DNA of 64,000 nt, from the NCBI GenBank assembly GCA_053919585.1, contig CM132804.1; one strand, written 5' to 3'. Made by a program: the position numbers and the translations under genes. The notes beneath the pieces are model-generated. The model was not told the origin of the DNA and did no database searches. It was given only the letters and a program-made list of their open reading frames with translations. The DNA comes from Euprymna scolopes. Taxonomy: Eukaryota. The stretch's first letter is position 1. Each line of letters begins with the position of its first letter. Below, in pieces: positions 39,300 through 49,709 of the stretch.

Positions 39300-39760
39300 T
39301 GTATCTCATATAGAGATCAGGCACAGAATAAGGTCCCCGTTGATTTCTGAAAACTTCGCGTGAAGTAAAATGAAACACCCAAGAGATTGTCTATGCAATT
39401 CTTCATCTGCATACATAGAAAACCAAGCTGTTAAACCTGACATAGTAATATGGAACAAGAGAGAGTAAATCAGCCTAGCAGAAGATAGTGTTCCTAACAA
39501 TGTTGAATTAAAACCATCGGGGACAACGATAACGAAATACCAGGGTCATATATATAGGACATGAAAAGAAAATGGAATCTCAGAAAGATCTCCATTATTC
39601 CAGTAATTATAGGAGCAACCAGCCTCATGAAAAAAAAAAAATTTCCAAAAGTACCTGACGAGTATACCCGGTGAACCAATTGTAAGATAGATACAAAGAA
39701 GTGTACAGAAAAAAAAGACGGTTTAGAATCTTAAAAAAAGATCTTTCAAGTGAAGTTTCT
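39300..39760 (+). mobile_element. Decayed R4/Dong/Hero-like non-LTR element, restriction-like endonuclease end
   Basis: KPDIVIWNKRE*..EDSVP...TKYQ...KRKWNLRKISIIPVIIGATSLM, a PD-(D/E)xK RLE-type C-terminus. Confidence 0.7.
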
Positions 39761-40921
39761 GAAATAGCAGGTGAAACTTTGGCATCAGGTATCATGCCAA
39801 ATTCTAAACCAGCAAAAAAAAAAAAAAAAAATGAAAAAAAAAATGTGATTGCTCCTTTGAATATACAGCATCTAATATCGAAGTTAATCTATCGACTTTC
39901 CAAACACCCTGTATATGGAGTTCGGTAATTATTATTATGAATGCTACTGAAAACTACGCTATAGTTCATGTATTATTCAGATACTACCAGCTAGTACTAC
40001 TGGATGAGGCTGTCTGCAGATATCGGCTTTCTGTTAAATGCATCAAACATTGATGTTATTGTGTTTTTCCTTTCCCTTTGCAGAACTCAATCATGTTCTG
40101 TACCCTTATTCCAAAATTACTCGATTCGGTATTTAATGGCCTGTACCTATTACATATATGCCCATATCGTTTGAACAATTCTAAACACATATTTTCTACA
40201 CAGCTCTGTCTAAAATAGTGACTTTAGGTTAATTTACAAGTGAATCTCTAAAAAGCTGTACAACCTGTTAACCAAACAGTACACCAAATATGATAACGAT
40301 TAAGGTCTTTGGTCTATTCATTTGTTGCACCTTTTTAAATATGCATTTAAATCGAATCTATTTCCCCGTTTATCGTCTGTAAGTTAAAATGTTGACTATG
40401 AACAAGGGAATAAGAAAAAGAGATAGAGAATCATTTATTGTTTGAGCGCATAGCTTAATAAGTAACCAGCTTTTTTAAGTGTGTAAAATTTGGTCCAACT
40501 TTGGTGCATCTACTCATAACAATAACCTAACGGAGTTGGAAGTTCGAATTTGTCAATATGGATTTTTGACAACGTTTATTCAACGGAAAGTATGATATGT
40601 CTACTTAACAATTTTCCTTTAAATTGAACAGACACCGCTTGTATTTTATGTTTAATTTAATCCCAAGAGCAAGTTCATTATGATGTCTATTCAACAGCAC
40701 AAAAGAATATTATCTGGCTGAGGAGGAATCAATAGAACTAACGAAGAGTGCATAATCCTTTTATATTTAGCTGTCAACAGTTTCAAAAGGGATGTTTGCC
40801 AAAAAATAAAGATTTCCCATCTCCCTCCATTCAATCCAAGATATAAAAGTTTAAATTAAAAATATACACTAAAAAAAAGAAAGAAACGTTTAAAAGATGA
40901 ATTAAGAAATAAAATGCCTCT

Positions 40922-40954
<33 letters not shown>

Positions 40955-40959
<5 letters not shown>

Positions 40960-41142
40960 GAACCCCGACATACGGCATGAGAAATTAGCAACAAAATACA
41001 GCATAGTATATAATATACACGTATATAATCAAATAATATTATACATTCTTTGTAAGGCGGGGCAAATATCGTAAACAGGGGCCAGAAAAACATCATAACA
41101 TGAAAAAACATATCTTAGGAGCACCGTATCCCGAAGGTATAC

Positions 41143-41144
<2 letters not shown>
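40955..41144. mobile_element. Pogo/Tigger-like MITE within (AT)n
   Basis: Imperfect TIRs TAGTAGAACCCCGACATACGG / CCGTATCCCGAAGGTATACTG. Confidence 0.45.
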
Positions 41145-41210
<66 letters not shown>

Positions 41211-41213
<3 letters not shown>

Positions 41214-41284
41214 GGTGACCCAAACAAACGGGCCCCAACTCTAATTAATAAAGTGTACACGGGCCCGTTTTTTGGGTCACCCTG
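41211..41284. mobile_element. 74-bp Tc1/mariner-type mini-MITE
   Basis: TIRs CAGGGTGACCCAAA(C)AAACGGGCCC / GGGCCCGTTTTTTGGGTCACCCTG, flanked by TA. Confidence 0.85.
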
Positions 41285-41390
41285 TATACACACATACATA
41301 TATATATATAAGATTTGCTGGCGTTATTTTTAGCGATATCAACTTCGAAACGCTTATTTTTTTCCGCTACCTTAGGCGTTTTTATTCATA

Positions 41391-42263
41391 TCTATATATC
41401 TATGAAAGTGAAAGTGTCTGTCTGTCTGTCTGTGTACATTTCCCTACACAATAACTCTGTCAATATTCAGTTTACAGACTCGAAATTTGATATACAGGGT
41501 ACTGAGATTTGGGAAAATCTATGTGATCGGTTTTCGGCCAGAAATTTGGTTGTTAAGGGGTTAAAGTTCAACTATTTGGCCTTTGAGAACTCTACCAAAC
41601 TCCTCCACCAATTTTTGGTCTAAAAACTTTAAATCTTAGATATAGGTCCTTGGACATGGATCTAAATTAATAACTTAATTTGAGCCCAAAACAATAAATT
41701 TTAAGAGGTCATGATAGGGATCAAAGTTAAAAAAATTTGACCTCTGTGGTCTTTACCAAATTACTCAGACAATTTCTGGTCTAGACATTTGAAATTTTAC
41801 ATAAAGGGTATTCAGAGATAGGGAAAACTTTTAATCGGTTTGGGTCGAAAATTTGAGCTACCAATATATAAATGCATATATGTATGTTTGCATGTCTACC
41901 TAACACTTTCGACAGAGGTGACGAATTTTCACAAGATCAGTATCGTTTTGAAGCTCAACCATTCAGACGACAAATACCGAAACATTGGCTGAAAACATTA
42001 ATTTCTTTACCCTCAACTGAGCACGTTTCTACAGGGAGGGGTCGCTTTTTTCACCGATATTTCGTAAGTCATCCCCTCTTTTCGATTGCCTGGCCTTAAT
42101 TTAAACCTACGTCAATTCCGGTTTGCCGGTGGTCGTAACACCAAAGACGTCAGGTTTTTCACGTTCTTTTCCTCCTTCGTCGTACGGGTTCGAGCCTGCC
42201 TTACTACTACCACTTTTTTATTTTTTTGCTCAACACAGCGCCAAACACCCGGGCTGAAATGCT

Positions 42264-42265
<2 letters not shown>
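41391..42265 (+). mobile_element. Non-autonomous Helitron
   Basis: A|TCTATATATC 5' end followed by (TGTC)n, and a CTAG|T 3' end. The 3' part is homologous to 63502-63874 (-). Confidence 0.65.
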
Positions 42266-42320
<55 letters not shown>

Positions 42321-42364
42321 ATATATATGAATGAATCGCCCTTATTTTTTATCGAACGTATTTA

Positions 42365-42764
42365 TTCATTTATTTATTTACTATTAAATATGTACGTGCA
42401 TAAAAGTATACCTATGGACGACTTTTAGCCGTCTTCAGCATAGGTTAGGATCGAATTCATGACACTAGTATCCACAGTCTGACACTGATTAGATGTGCCA
42501 CGCTAGATCACCACTTGAACGCACGATTTTTTATCTTAAATATAAGATTTGTTGTTGGCGTTTCGAAGTTTCAACAACAAATCTTATATTTAAAAGCGAT
42601 AAAACATTGTGCATTCAACTGATGATCTAGCGTGGCACATCTGTTCAGTATCAGACTGCGGATACTGGTGTAAGGAGTTCGTTCCTAACCTATGCTGAAG
42701 ACGGCTAAAAGCCAGAAACATGCATGTCCATAAGTTCACTTTTATGCATGTAAATATTTAATAA

Positions 42765-42770
<6 letters not shown>
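42365..42770. mobile_element. Family B tRNA(Arg-like)/hammerhead element as head-to-head palindrome
   Basis: The arms meet at a 14-nt spacer (42558-42571). Right arm: tRNA-like 42628-42694 then HHR. The left-arm HHR has lost GAAAC and stem III. Confidence 0.85.
42687..42736 (+). ncRNA. Type I hammerhead ribozyme
   Basis: AACCUAUG-CUGAAGA-C GGCU AAA AGCC A-GAAAC-AUGCAU-GUC-CAUAAGUU. Stem III is the palindrome ACAUGCAUGU. Confidence 0.85.
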
Positions 42771-42796
<26 letters not shown>

Positions 42797-42805
<9 letters not shown>

Positions 42806-42988
42806 TGTACAGAAAGTTGTTAGTTGAGACAGGTCATTGGTACCGTCGGTTTCAAGCCCGATAATAAGGCCCGTTTAAGGTATCCTTATCGAGCTCTCTT
42901 CAGCCAATATTCGGGCCTTATTATCGGGCTTGAAACCGACGGTACCAATGACCTGTCTCAACTAACAACTTTCTGTACACAAAATATA
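42797..42988. mobile_element. Young perfect inverted repeat (about 77-bp arms) built from a hammerhead element (family G)
   Basis: 42797-42873 and 42912-42988 appear to be exact reverse complements. Abuts (AT)n. Confidence 0.85.
42836..42908 (-). ncRNA. Type I hammerhead ribozyme with extended stem II
   Basis: AUUGG-CUGAAGA-GAGCUCGAUAA(21-nt loop)UUAUCGGGCUU-GAAAC-CGACG-GUA-CCAAU. Confidence 0.85.
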
Positions 42989-43059
42989 AGTACGCTCTTA
43001 AAATTTGGATTTTCCTTTTAATTGAGCACTCTGCTGGAATTCTTTTTCCAAAAAAACTA

Positions 43060-43117
<58 letters not shown>

Positions 43118-43185
43118 ACCAGACTCCAATGTTTATAGAAGCATCATTTGATCAGTCAATTCACCAACGAACATTTACTATATCA

Positions 43186-43228
43186 CAGTACCTGAAAACG
43201 ACCTATGTGGGTTGAAAACGTTTGTGCA
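43186..43228 (+). ncRNA. Decayed hammerhead-like motif
   Basis: GUAC-CUGAAAA(G8 mutated)-C GACCU AUGU GGGUU-GAAAACGUUU-GUGC, about 75 nt after an (AT)n tract. Confidence 0.4.
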
Positions 43229-44807
43229 TTTGGCCAATTTCTCCACTCTCTCGTGCAAAGTTAGCCCACCAGATAAAATAAATGGACAAAAACAAAACAA
43301 AAAAATAATATGCAGAGTTTAGCACCGATATTCAACAAGACCTGTATAAATATATATAGTTATCATTTCGAAATCCATTTTTTAGGCAAACGCCTAGATT
43401 TTCACTTCACTATGTGTGTATACACACACATACATATAGTAGTGATGGGGTGATTTTAATATGTTTTTTATTCAATACAGTTATTGATTCCGGATCTTTT
43501 ATATTTTTTAATATTTTTTTTTTACAATTTTATTTTTCAGATTACCATGAAAAATTGTAATATGTGCACAAAATCTCAAATGTAAGAATGCATTTGTAGG
43601 AGTGATCGATATATCTTGATTTTACTAGTAGTTTGAAGTTAATAAATAGTTATATTATCATTGTGGTTTCCTCAACTTTCGTTCTGGAATCACCTCTGAC
43701 TCTATGATGTGACTTGAACTTTTACATTCAACCAACAACTTTCGCGATGTAACCCACATTCTATTTAAGCAATGAACGTCAGAGAAATATATGCAAAAAG
43801 AAGTGAAATGCAAATAAAAAGAAAAATTTATTTTAAAGAATAATATATGAAAAAAAAAAATTGCTGAATAGCCAAAACGTATTAGAAGCTGCAAGAGGAT
43901 TTTCATATATAAATGTAAAATAAGTGTTGCATGCAAATTATGTAAACAGAAAATATTTGTTTTATTTCCTTCCATCTTAGCTGTCAACATGAAACGGTGG
44001 ACAATTGATTTATTATCCACAGTTTCGTATTCTGGTCACGGACTTTAGCAACTAATATCATTTCAATATCAACACTTCCATGAACCCGTTTCCCAATTAA
44101 TACAGTTTCGTTAATTTGGCTGGGAGCAAAACGTAGTATCTAGTGTGATACTACACTTTATCATCTTTCTCGTCGGTCCGTGAAGGAGGAATCCGTCTAA
44201 ACTGAGCCCTTTTAAAATTATGTCCCAATCCAGACTTCACTCTTTTTGACAAAAGGGAGAACTTAGATTTTCTCCACATTAAAAACTGACCTTCATGGGC
44301 ATACAAGTAAATAGGAACACCTTTAAAATTTTAACAGGTATTTATTCAAGAACACTAAAACTCATAAGCTGGAAATAATTAAATTAATTGATAGATAACC
44401 CGACAACCTAAAGCAGATTTCTTCTTAACCTTTTGGCTAGGGGCAAAGTGTAATAACTGTTCTGACATTACACCTCAGTGTTATATTCTTAAATCTCTAA
44501 TATTTGAAAAAAAAAATATATCTTGATCTTAGTTGTTATAAGCAGTATTCTTAAACCTATGTAGCCTAAAACATTTAGATTCATTTAATTTCTATGTTTT
44601 TTTTTTTTCAAATTGTATTCATTTAGTACGATATGATTCAAAGTGAGAAGCGTCAAAGTACCTCACAAATAAAGGGAAGTCAAGCCTTTGTTTGAAAGCA
44701 GATTGACCATTGGTTAATATACAATAGTTCGAGAGATAGTGACAATGCCAACAGTTTATTAATTAATAAGAATAAACACTACTTATGCATAAAACAATAC
44801 ATGCACT

Positions 44808-44852
44808 TGTTTGGCCTGATGATTTCCTATGGGAATGAAACGTAATAAATAG
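44808..44852 (+). ncRNA. Hammerhead-like motif with decayed stem I
   Basis: CUGAUGA at 44816, then U UUCC UAUG GGAA U, GAAAC, GUA. Stem I pairing is poor. Confidence 0.45.
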
Positions 44853-44964
44853 TTTTATTCTACTAAGCTCTACTCATGTATTGAGAACTGATGAAGTAAA
44901 TGATTAAAATTTATATACATAATATATTATATCACCTAATAACATTATATGTGTACAGACATAA

Positions 44965-45004
<40 letters not shown>

Positions 45005-45006
<2 letters not shown>

Positions 45007-45746
45007 GAGAGGGGTTCCAAAAGTAATGCCTCCTATTTTTCCTATCTGAATGCATCAGAGGGGATTGAAAATTGTAGTGTTATGATGACTGAACTTATGC
45101 ATTCATGCCCTGAGAGTTTCTTCTATCTAGCTCTCTCTGTTGCAGATATTGGCCATGCAAGATTCTAAGAAAGCAACTCCTGTCATGAATTTGCGTCAGA
45201 AGCAGAGATGCATCATTGAATTCTTGGCAAAAGTACATTGAGAATGGTGGGAACTATATAGGAGAAACAATTCTGGGACACAAAAGGTTGCTCGTTTTAA
45301 TGCTACCACTCCCATCTTCGTAGCTCTTCAACTTTTTGAGTTAAAAGAATAGTCCTAGTGACATATGGCCGAGTGGTCCTAGACGTTGTATCAAAGTTTA
45401 CAGTTACCCAAAGGTGCTGAGTGCAATCCTGAACGAAGGCAGTGAAAAAGTAACATTCAAAAACAGAGAATCAGCAACTATGTCCTAAAGCCTAGCTGGA
45501 GTCCGAACACGGTACCCCCGTAATAATAATAAAGGGTTGGGTTCGAGACTCCTAACAAACGGTTCCCCAGTTCGATACAAAACTCCTGACGAAGGCCGGA
45601 GGGCAAAACGGCCGAAACGTTGTGACAATAACAACCAAGATGAGGAAGTCAGTCCGACAATCTCAATCAATGAAAACACCTCATCTCAAAAATACAGACA
45701 ATTACTAAAAGAATAGGACTTTATACTTTTTGGAACGACCCTTGTA
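45005..45746 (+). mobile_element. Internally deleted mariner carrying a nested tRNA/hammerhead element
   Basis: TIR-like ends cgagaggggttccaaaagta / tactttttggaacgacccttgTA, and transposase N-terminus MNLRQKQRCIIEFLAK at 45185. Confidence 0.65.
45350..45715 (+). mobile_element. Family E tRNA(Leu/Ser-like)/hammerhead element
   Basis: A box TGGCCGAGTGG (45366-45376) and degenerate B box GAGTGCAATCC (about 45419). HHR: CTGACGA at 45586, A, GGCCG/CGGCC, GAAAC, GTT. Tail similar to family A. Confidence 0.8.
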
Positions 45747-46439
45747 CATAATATATCACCTAATAGNNNNNNNNNNNNNNNNNNNNNNNNNNNNNNNNNN
45801 NNNNNNNNNNNNNNNNNNNNNNNNNNNNNNNNNNNNNNNNNNNNNNNNNNNNNNNNNNNNNNNNNNNNNNNNNNNNNNNNNNNNNNNNNNNNNNTAATAT
45901 TTATTTCTATATGTATTCCATAAGATCAGATCAGCATCGGTTTCAAATCCAATCAAATGGAACCTATAGTTGGTCTCCTACGCCGGACTCTGTATCCCAT
46001 TCAAGGTTTAAATGGCGTAATAAGCTTTTTTGTTATTGATGAAATAAATCTGTAATAATAATCAGGCCGGATAAAAATTCAGGGGTTTTATTAAAATCAT
46101 TAGGATTACTGCCTGAAGGATTCGTTTTATTTTGCGAATGATATTCAAAATTATAAGTTTATTAATAAATCCTGTACTCTTATGATATTGCGTTCTTATT
46201 TTAGAAACAAAAGATATCTGTACTGATTTGTTTAGATCGTAGCCAGTTATCGCCTCCTCCCATTCCATAAGCGCATTTGTTGAGTTGATGAAATTTGTGA
46301 CTACATCCGTTGAATTTTGTTTTAACGGTGTAATGATGTATGAGAAATAGATGGGGTAACGATGAGCTGAGTCCTGGGACCAATAATGACAGACATTTTT
46401 GTGGGTTTCTATGAGAAACACTTATTATCTGGACCCATA

Positions 46440-47021
46440 AAATCTTCAGTCTACTTTCGATATGTCAATGACACATTTAATGATCAAACAGAGGCAAATA
46501 ACTGTTTCTTCCTTACATAATAACATACATCCCTCGTTAAAATATACTTATGTAGGGGGGGGGCGTAACTTTACTTTAGCCTTCCTTGATCTACTGATAA
46601 CAAAACTTACATTAATATACCATAAACCAACGTTTACAGGATTGTATACACGCTGGGATTCGTTTTGACCAAGCAAACGAAAGATGAATTTAATTTGGAC
46701 CCTAACACACCGTGCTCTTATGATCTATTCAAAAGCAAAATTGGATAAAGAACCAAGAACGATTACGGATACAATAATGGGTACCCTCTCAATGTGATTA
46801 GTCATTTAAACGACAAATAACTGATTTTTTTTCCAAATAAAAGTCAATACGGTAGCTAAATGTCTAATTTATATTCGCTTATCGTGGTTAGTTTCAGTAA
46901 GTGGGAAATTCTCCAAGCAAATCTGTTCAACTGTAGAAAATTTTTTGTTTCCAATGTACGTGTTGTGTTCTCTATAAGACTGTTAATAGCATCCCCTCGA
47001 AACGGCATTCTATCTCCCACC

Positions 47022-47063
<42 letters not shown>

Positions 47064-47660
47064 TAATTTACCAACTTATATGTAGTTGCAGTGCCGACTA
47101 TGTGGGTCGAACAACATTAAGATTGGATAGTAGAGTCAAACAACACAAAGCAAAAGCAAAATCAGAAATGGACCCACATCCTAACTAAGGTTCTAACTAA
47201 CATATACGGGTCTTCCATAGCTGATCATTTGTTTAAAAATTCGTCGGACGCTACGAATTTCAGCATTGATTCATTTTCTATTTTGAGTTATGTTTACTTA
47301 GACTTTAATTTGCAGATCTTGGAGACTATTCACGTTCGGTTGAAGAGACCTTCTCTTTCTAAACAGAAATGAATGACTCTTACGTTTGAACGTGATAAGC
47401 CTTTAGGAGATTCTGTTATTGTACATAAACCATACCGTGGCTTGGATTTTAAATATATAGAGTCTTTCTTGTGTTTTTTATTGCCCATTAATAAATCATA
47501 ACACTGCTTTATTTCAGTACATATATTTTCGATCGTGTCTCTTTCCATTTTAATTATAAATAAAATACCTCAATTGAGCTCGAAAGGAGTGAGTCCGAAA
47601 CCAGTCAGCTGACCCCTTTTTTATTCTCTCTTCTCTTTTATTTATTAATATAAAAAGTCA
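46440..47660 (+). mobile_element. Decayed Penelope/Poseidon-type PLE (RT thumb + C-terminal GIY-YIG)
   Basis: [32 protein letters not shown]; GIY-YIG IIYQLICSCSADYVGRTTLRLDSRVKQH (about 47062), SSIADHL, LQILETIHV..RPSL. An HHR relic tccgaaaccagtc lies near 47594. Confidence 0.85.
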
Positions 47661-47701
47661 TCCCTTGAAATTTTTTACCCAACAATAATTATGAAATATA
47701 T

Positions 47702-47980
47702 TAGTGATGAGATGGTTCCAATATATTTCCCGATTCTGATACAATTACCGATTCTGTACTAAATTCTAGATTCTGATTCCAATTCGTTATAAATCTCTAA
47801 ATATTTAACTATAAAGTTATTTTTCCCCCGATTACCGTAAAACATGTTAAATATGCAGATATTTTTTCAAACATAAATGTGTGTGTGTGCGGGAGGGGGG
47901 TGATCTTTAGATTTTAGTTTTAGAAAAGTCCTGATTTTTTTGATTCCCCATTCCAATTCCAATTAATCGTCCCAACACTA
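47702..47980. mobile_element. hAT-like MITE with (ATTCCG)-type subterminal repeats
   Basis: TIRs TAGTGATGAGATGGTT / AATCGTCCCAACACTA. Related ends occur near 17043, 43440 and 62517. Confidence 0.55.
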
Positions 47981-49186
47981 ATGTATATATATGTATATAT
48001 ACTAATAAATCAAGACTTAACCAGCCTGAAAGCTATACTATAAAATATGTTAAAGAGATGACTTGATTTCCAGCTAAATGATGATGAACGTTATGCAAGA
48101 TCGAAAATAACTGATGGAATTGATGACTTATGAAGACGCTTTAAAACAAGTGTTTGTTGGCATTATACTTAAAAATGACCATAGTGCTTATTGTGATAAC
48201 GTGTTCTACTGATGTTAAGTTTTTGGAAAGAAACTTAGTTCATGGAAAGTGTGTTTCGTGTAAGGCAAACGGAGGAAGAAAGGAACATTCTATGCAATTA
48301 TGGCAGTAAGATGAGTTCTTGCTGCGAATATCTTATAAGCAGAAACTTGGAGCTCAGTCGAGCACTTTCCATGAGACCAATTTCTAACTCTAGTCTGCAC
48401 TGTTTTCAATGTCAAACATATAAGTTGTTTTACTGATTTTGAATATTATGCTAATTTTATTGAATAAGATATTGAATTGTGACCGATGTGATTCTGTTGT
48501 TGGTACTGATTTCCACAAGTTTTCTTTTTAAAGAATCAGGTACTTATCTGAAAGACAATGAAAAGTGTCCCAACATCCAGCATGGTGATGGTGGTGTGGA
48601 ACCGAAAAGATTTTAATTTGGAATGCCCAGGTTTCAGTCCACAACGTTATCGTCACAATAATAATCCTAGTTTCTATACCAGATTTACTGTTTATATCCC
48701 CTTCAGCAACAGGTTCGATGCTATCTGGATGTCCTTATGTTAGGTAATCCCGAAGTTATGGCATTGATTTTCGAAACACTTTGTATGTTGTTAATTTCTA
48801 CTTTCTTCAATTTATTTTGGAATTCAATTCCGATAATTCTTGTTTTGGTTTCATGTATTAGACGTCAATTTATAAGTATTCTTAAATTTCTGTGGAGTAT
48901 TTTTGAAAGTGTTTTAGTGAACATAATAGAGGAACAATCTTCCATTTGGAAATTTAAATATTCCTGAGTTTTTGGAAACTGGACAGGTAGTGATGAGACA
49001 TTAATTAAGCAAGATTATCTGAATTTCAATTTCTTCTTCAGAGTGTAGGAATATTCAAAAGCACCATAACTTTTTAAAAATATTATTGTTTTGGCACGTG
49101 TTTTCGAGAAACGTGACCACACTTCATGTATATTTATAAGGAAAGCAAAATTGATTGTAATCATTATTTTTTATATTTTTATTTTC

Positions 49187-49693
49187 GGGTTTGTATTACT
49201 GTACACATAGATTCGAAAAAGTTGTCAAGAAACAAATATATAACAAATAAATGTTATCAAAGGCAAAGGATGTATTCGAAAATTCCAGATGGCGTATCAC
49301 ACCCTCTTTAACACCGTAAGTATGGAAAAAGGTATTATAAATAAAAAACTATACAAAATACTATTAAAAACCCGCCGAATATATGTCAACCTATGTCAGG
49401 GTAACATATATTGAGCGAGTTTTTAACAGTATTTTATCGGTTTTTTATTTATAACATCTTTTCCCACACTTACCGTGTTAAAGAGAGAATAAGACGCCAT
49501 CTTGAATGTTCCAATACATCGATAAACACTGTATGTTTTTCGAGCTGAATAAACATGTTACATTGAATAAAAACACGAAAAATATATCCAGTTTGGTAGA
49601 AAAGTAACTTATCTTGCCTTTGATAACATTTATTTGTTATATATTTGTTTTTTGACAACTTTTTCGAATCTATGTGTACAGTAATATAAACCC
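49187..49693. mobile_element. Foldback MITE (MULE/Merlin-like) with 8-bp TSD
   Basis: Nearly the whole element is palindromic about 49395. Termini are GGGTTT/AAACCC, with TTATTTTC at 49179-49186 and 49694-49701. Confidence 0.8.
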
Positions 49694-49709
49694 TTATTTT
49701 CTTTTGGTT

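Noticed and set aside
40060-40135. Strong splice acceptor (tttccctttgcag) with short possible exon
   Set aside because: Weak donor and no recognisable peptide or partner exons.
42619-42625. Extra CTGATGA upstream of the family B tRNA head
   Set aside because: Not conserved in the other arm or the 13.0-kb copy, and no stem II-GAAA follows.
48100-49010. Possible ancient LINE endonuclease relic on the minus strand (similarly 62930-63230)
   Set aside because: Only faint motif echoes; too decayed to call without a profile search.
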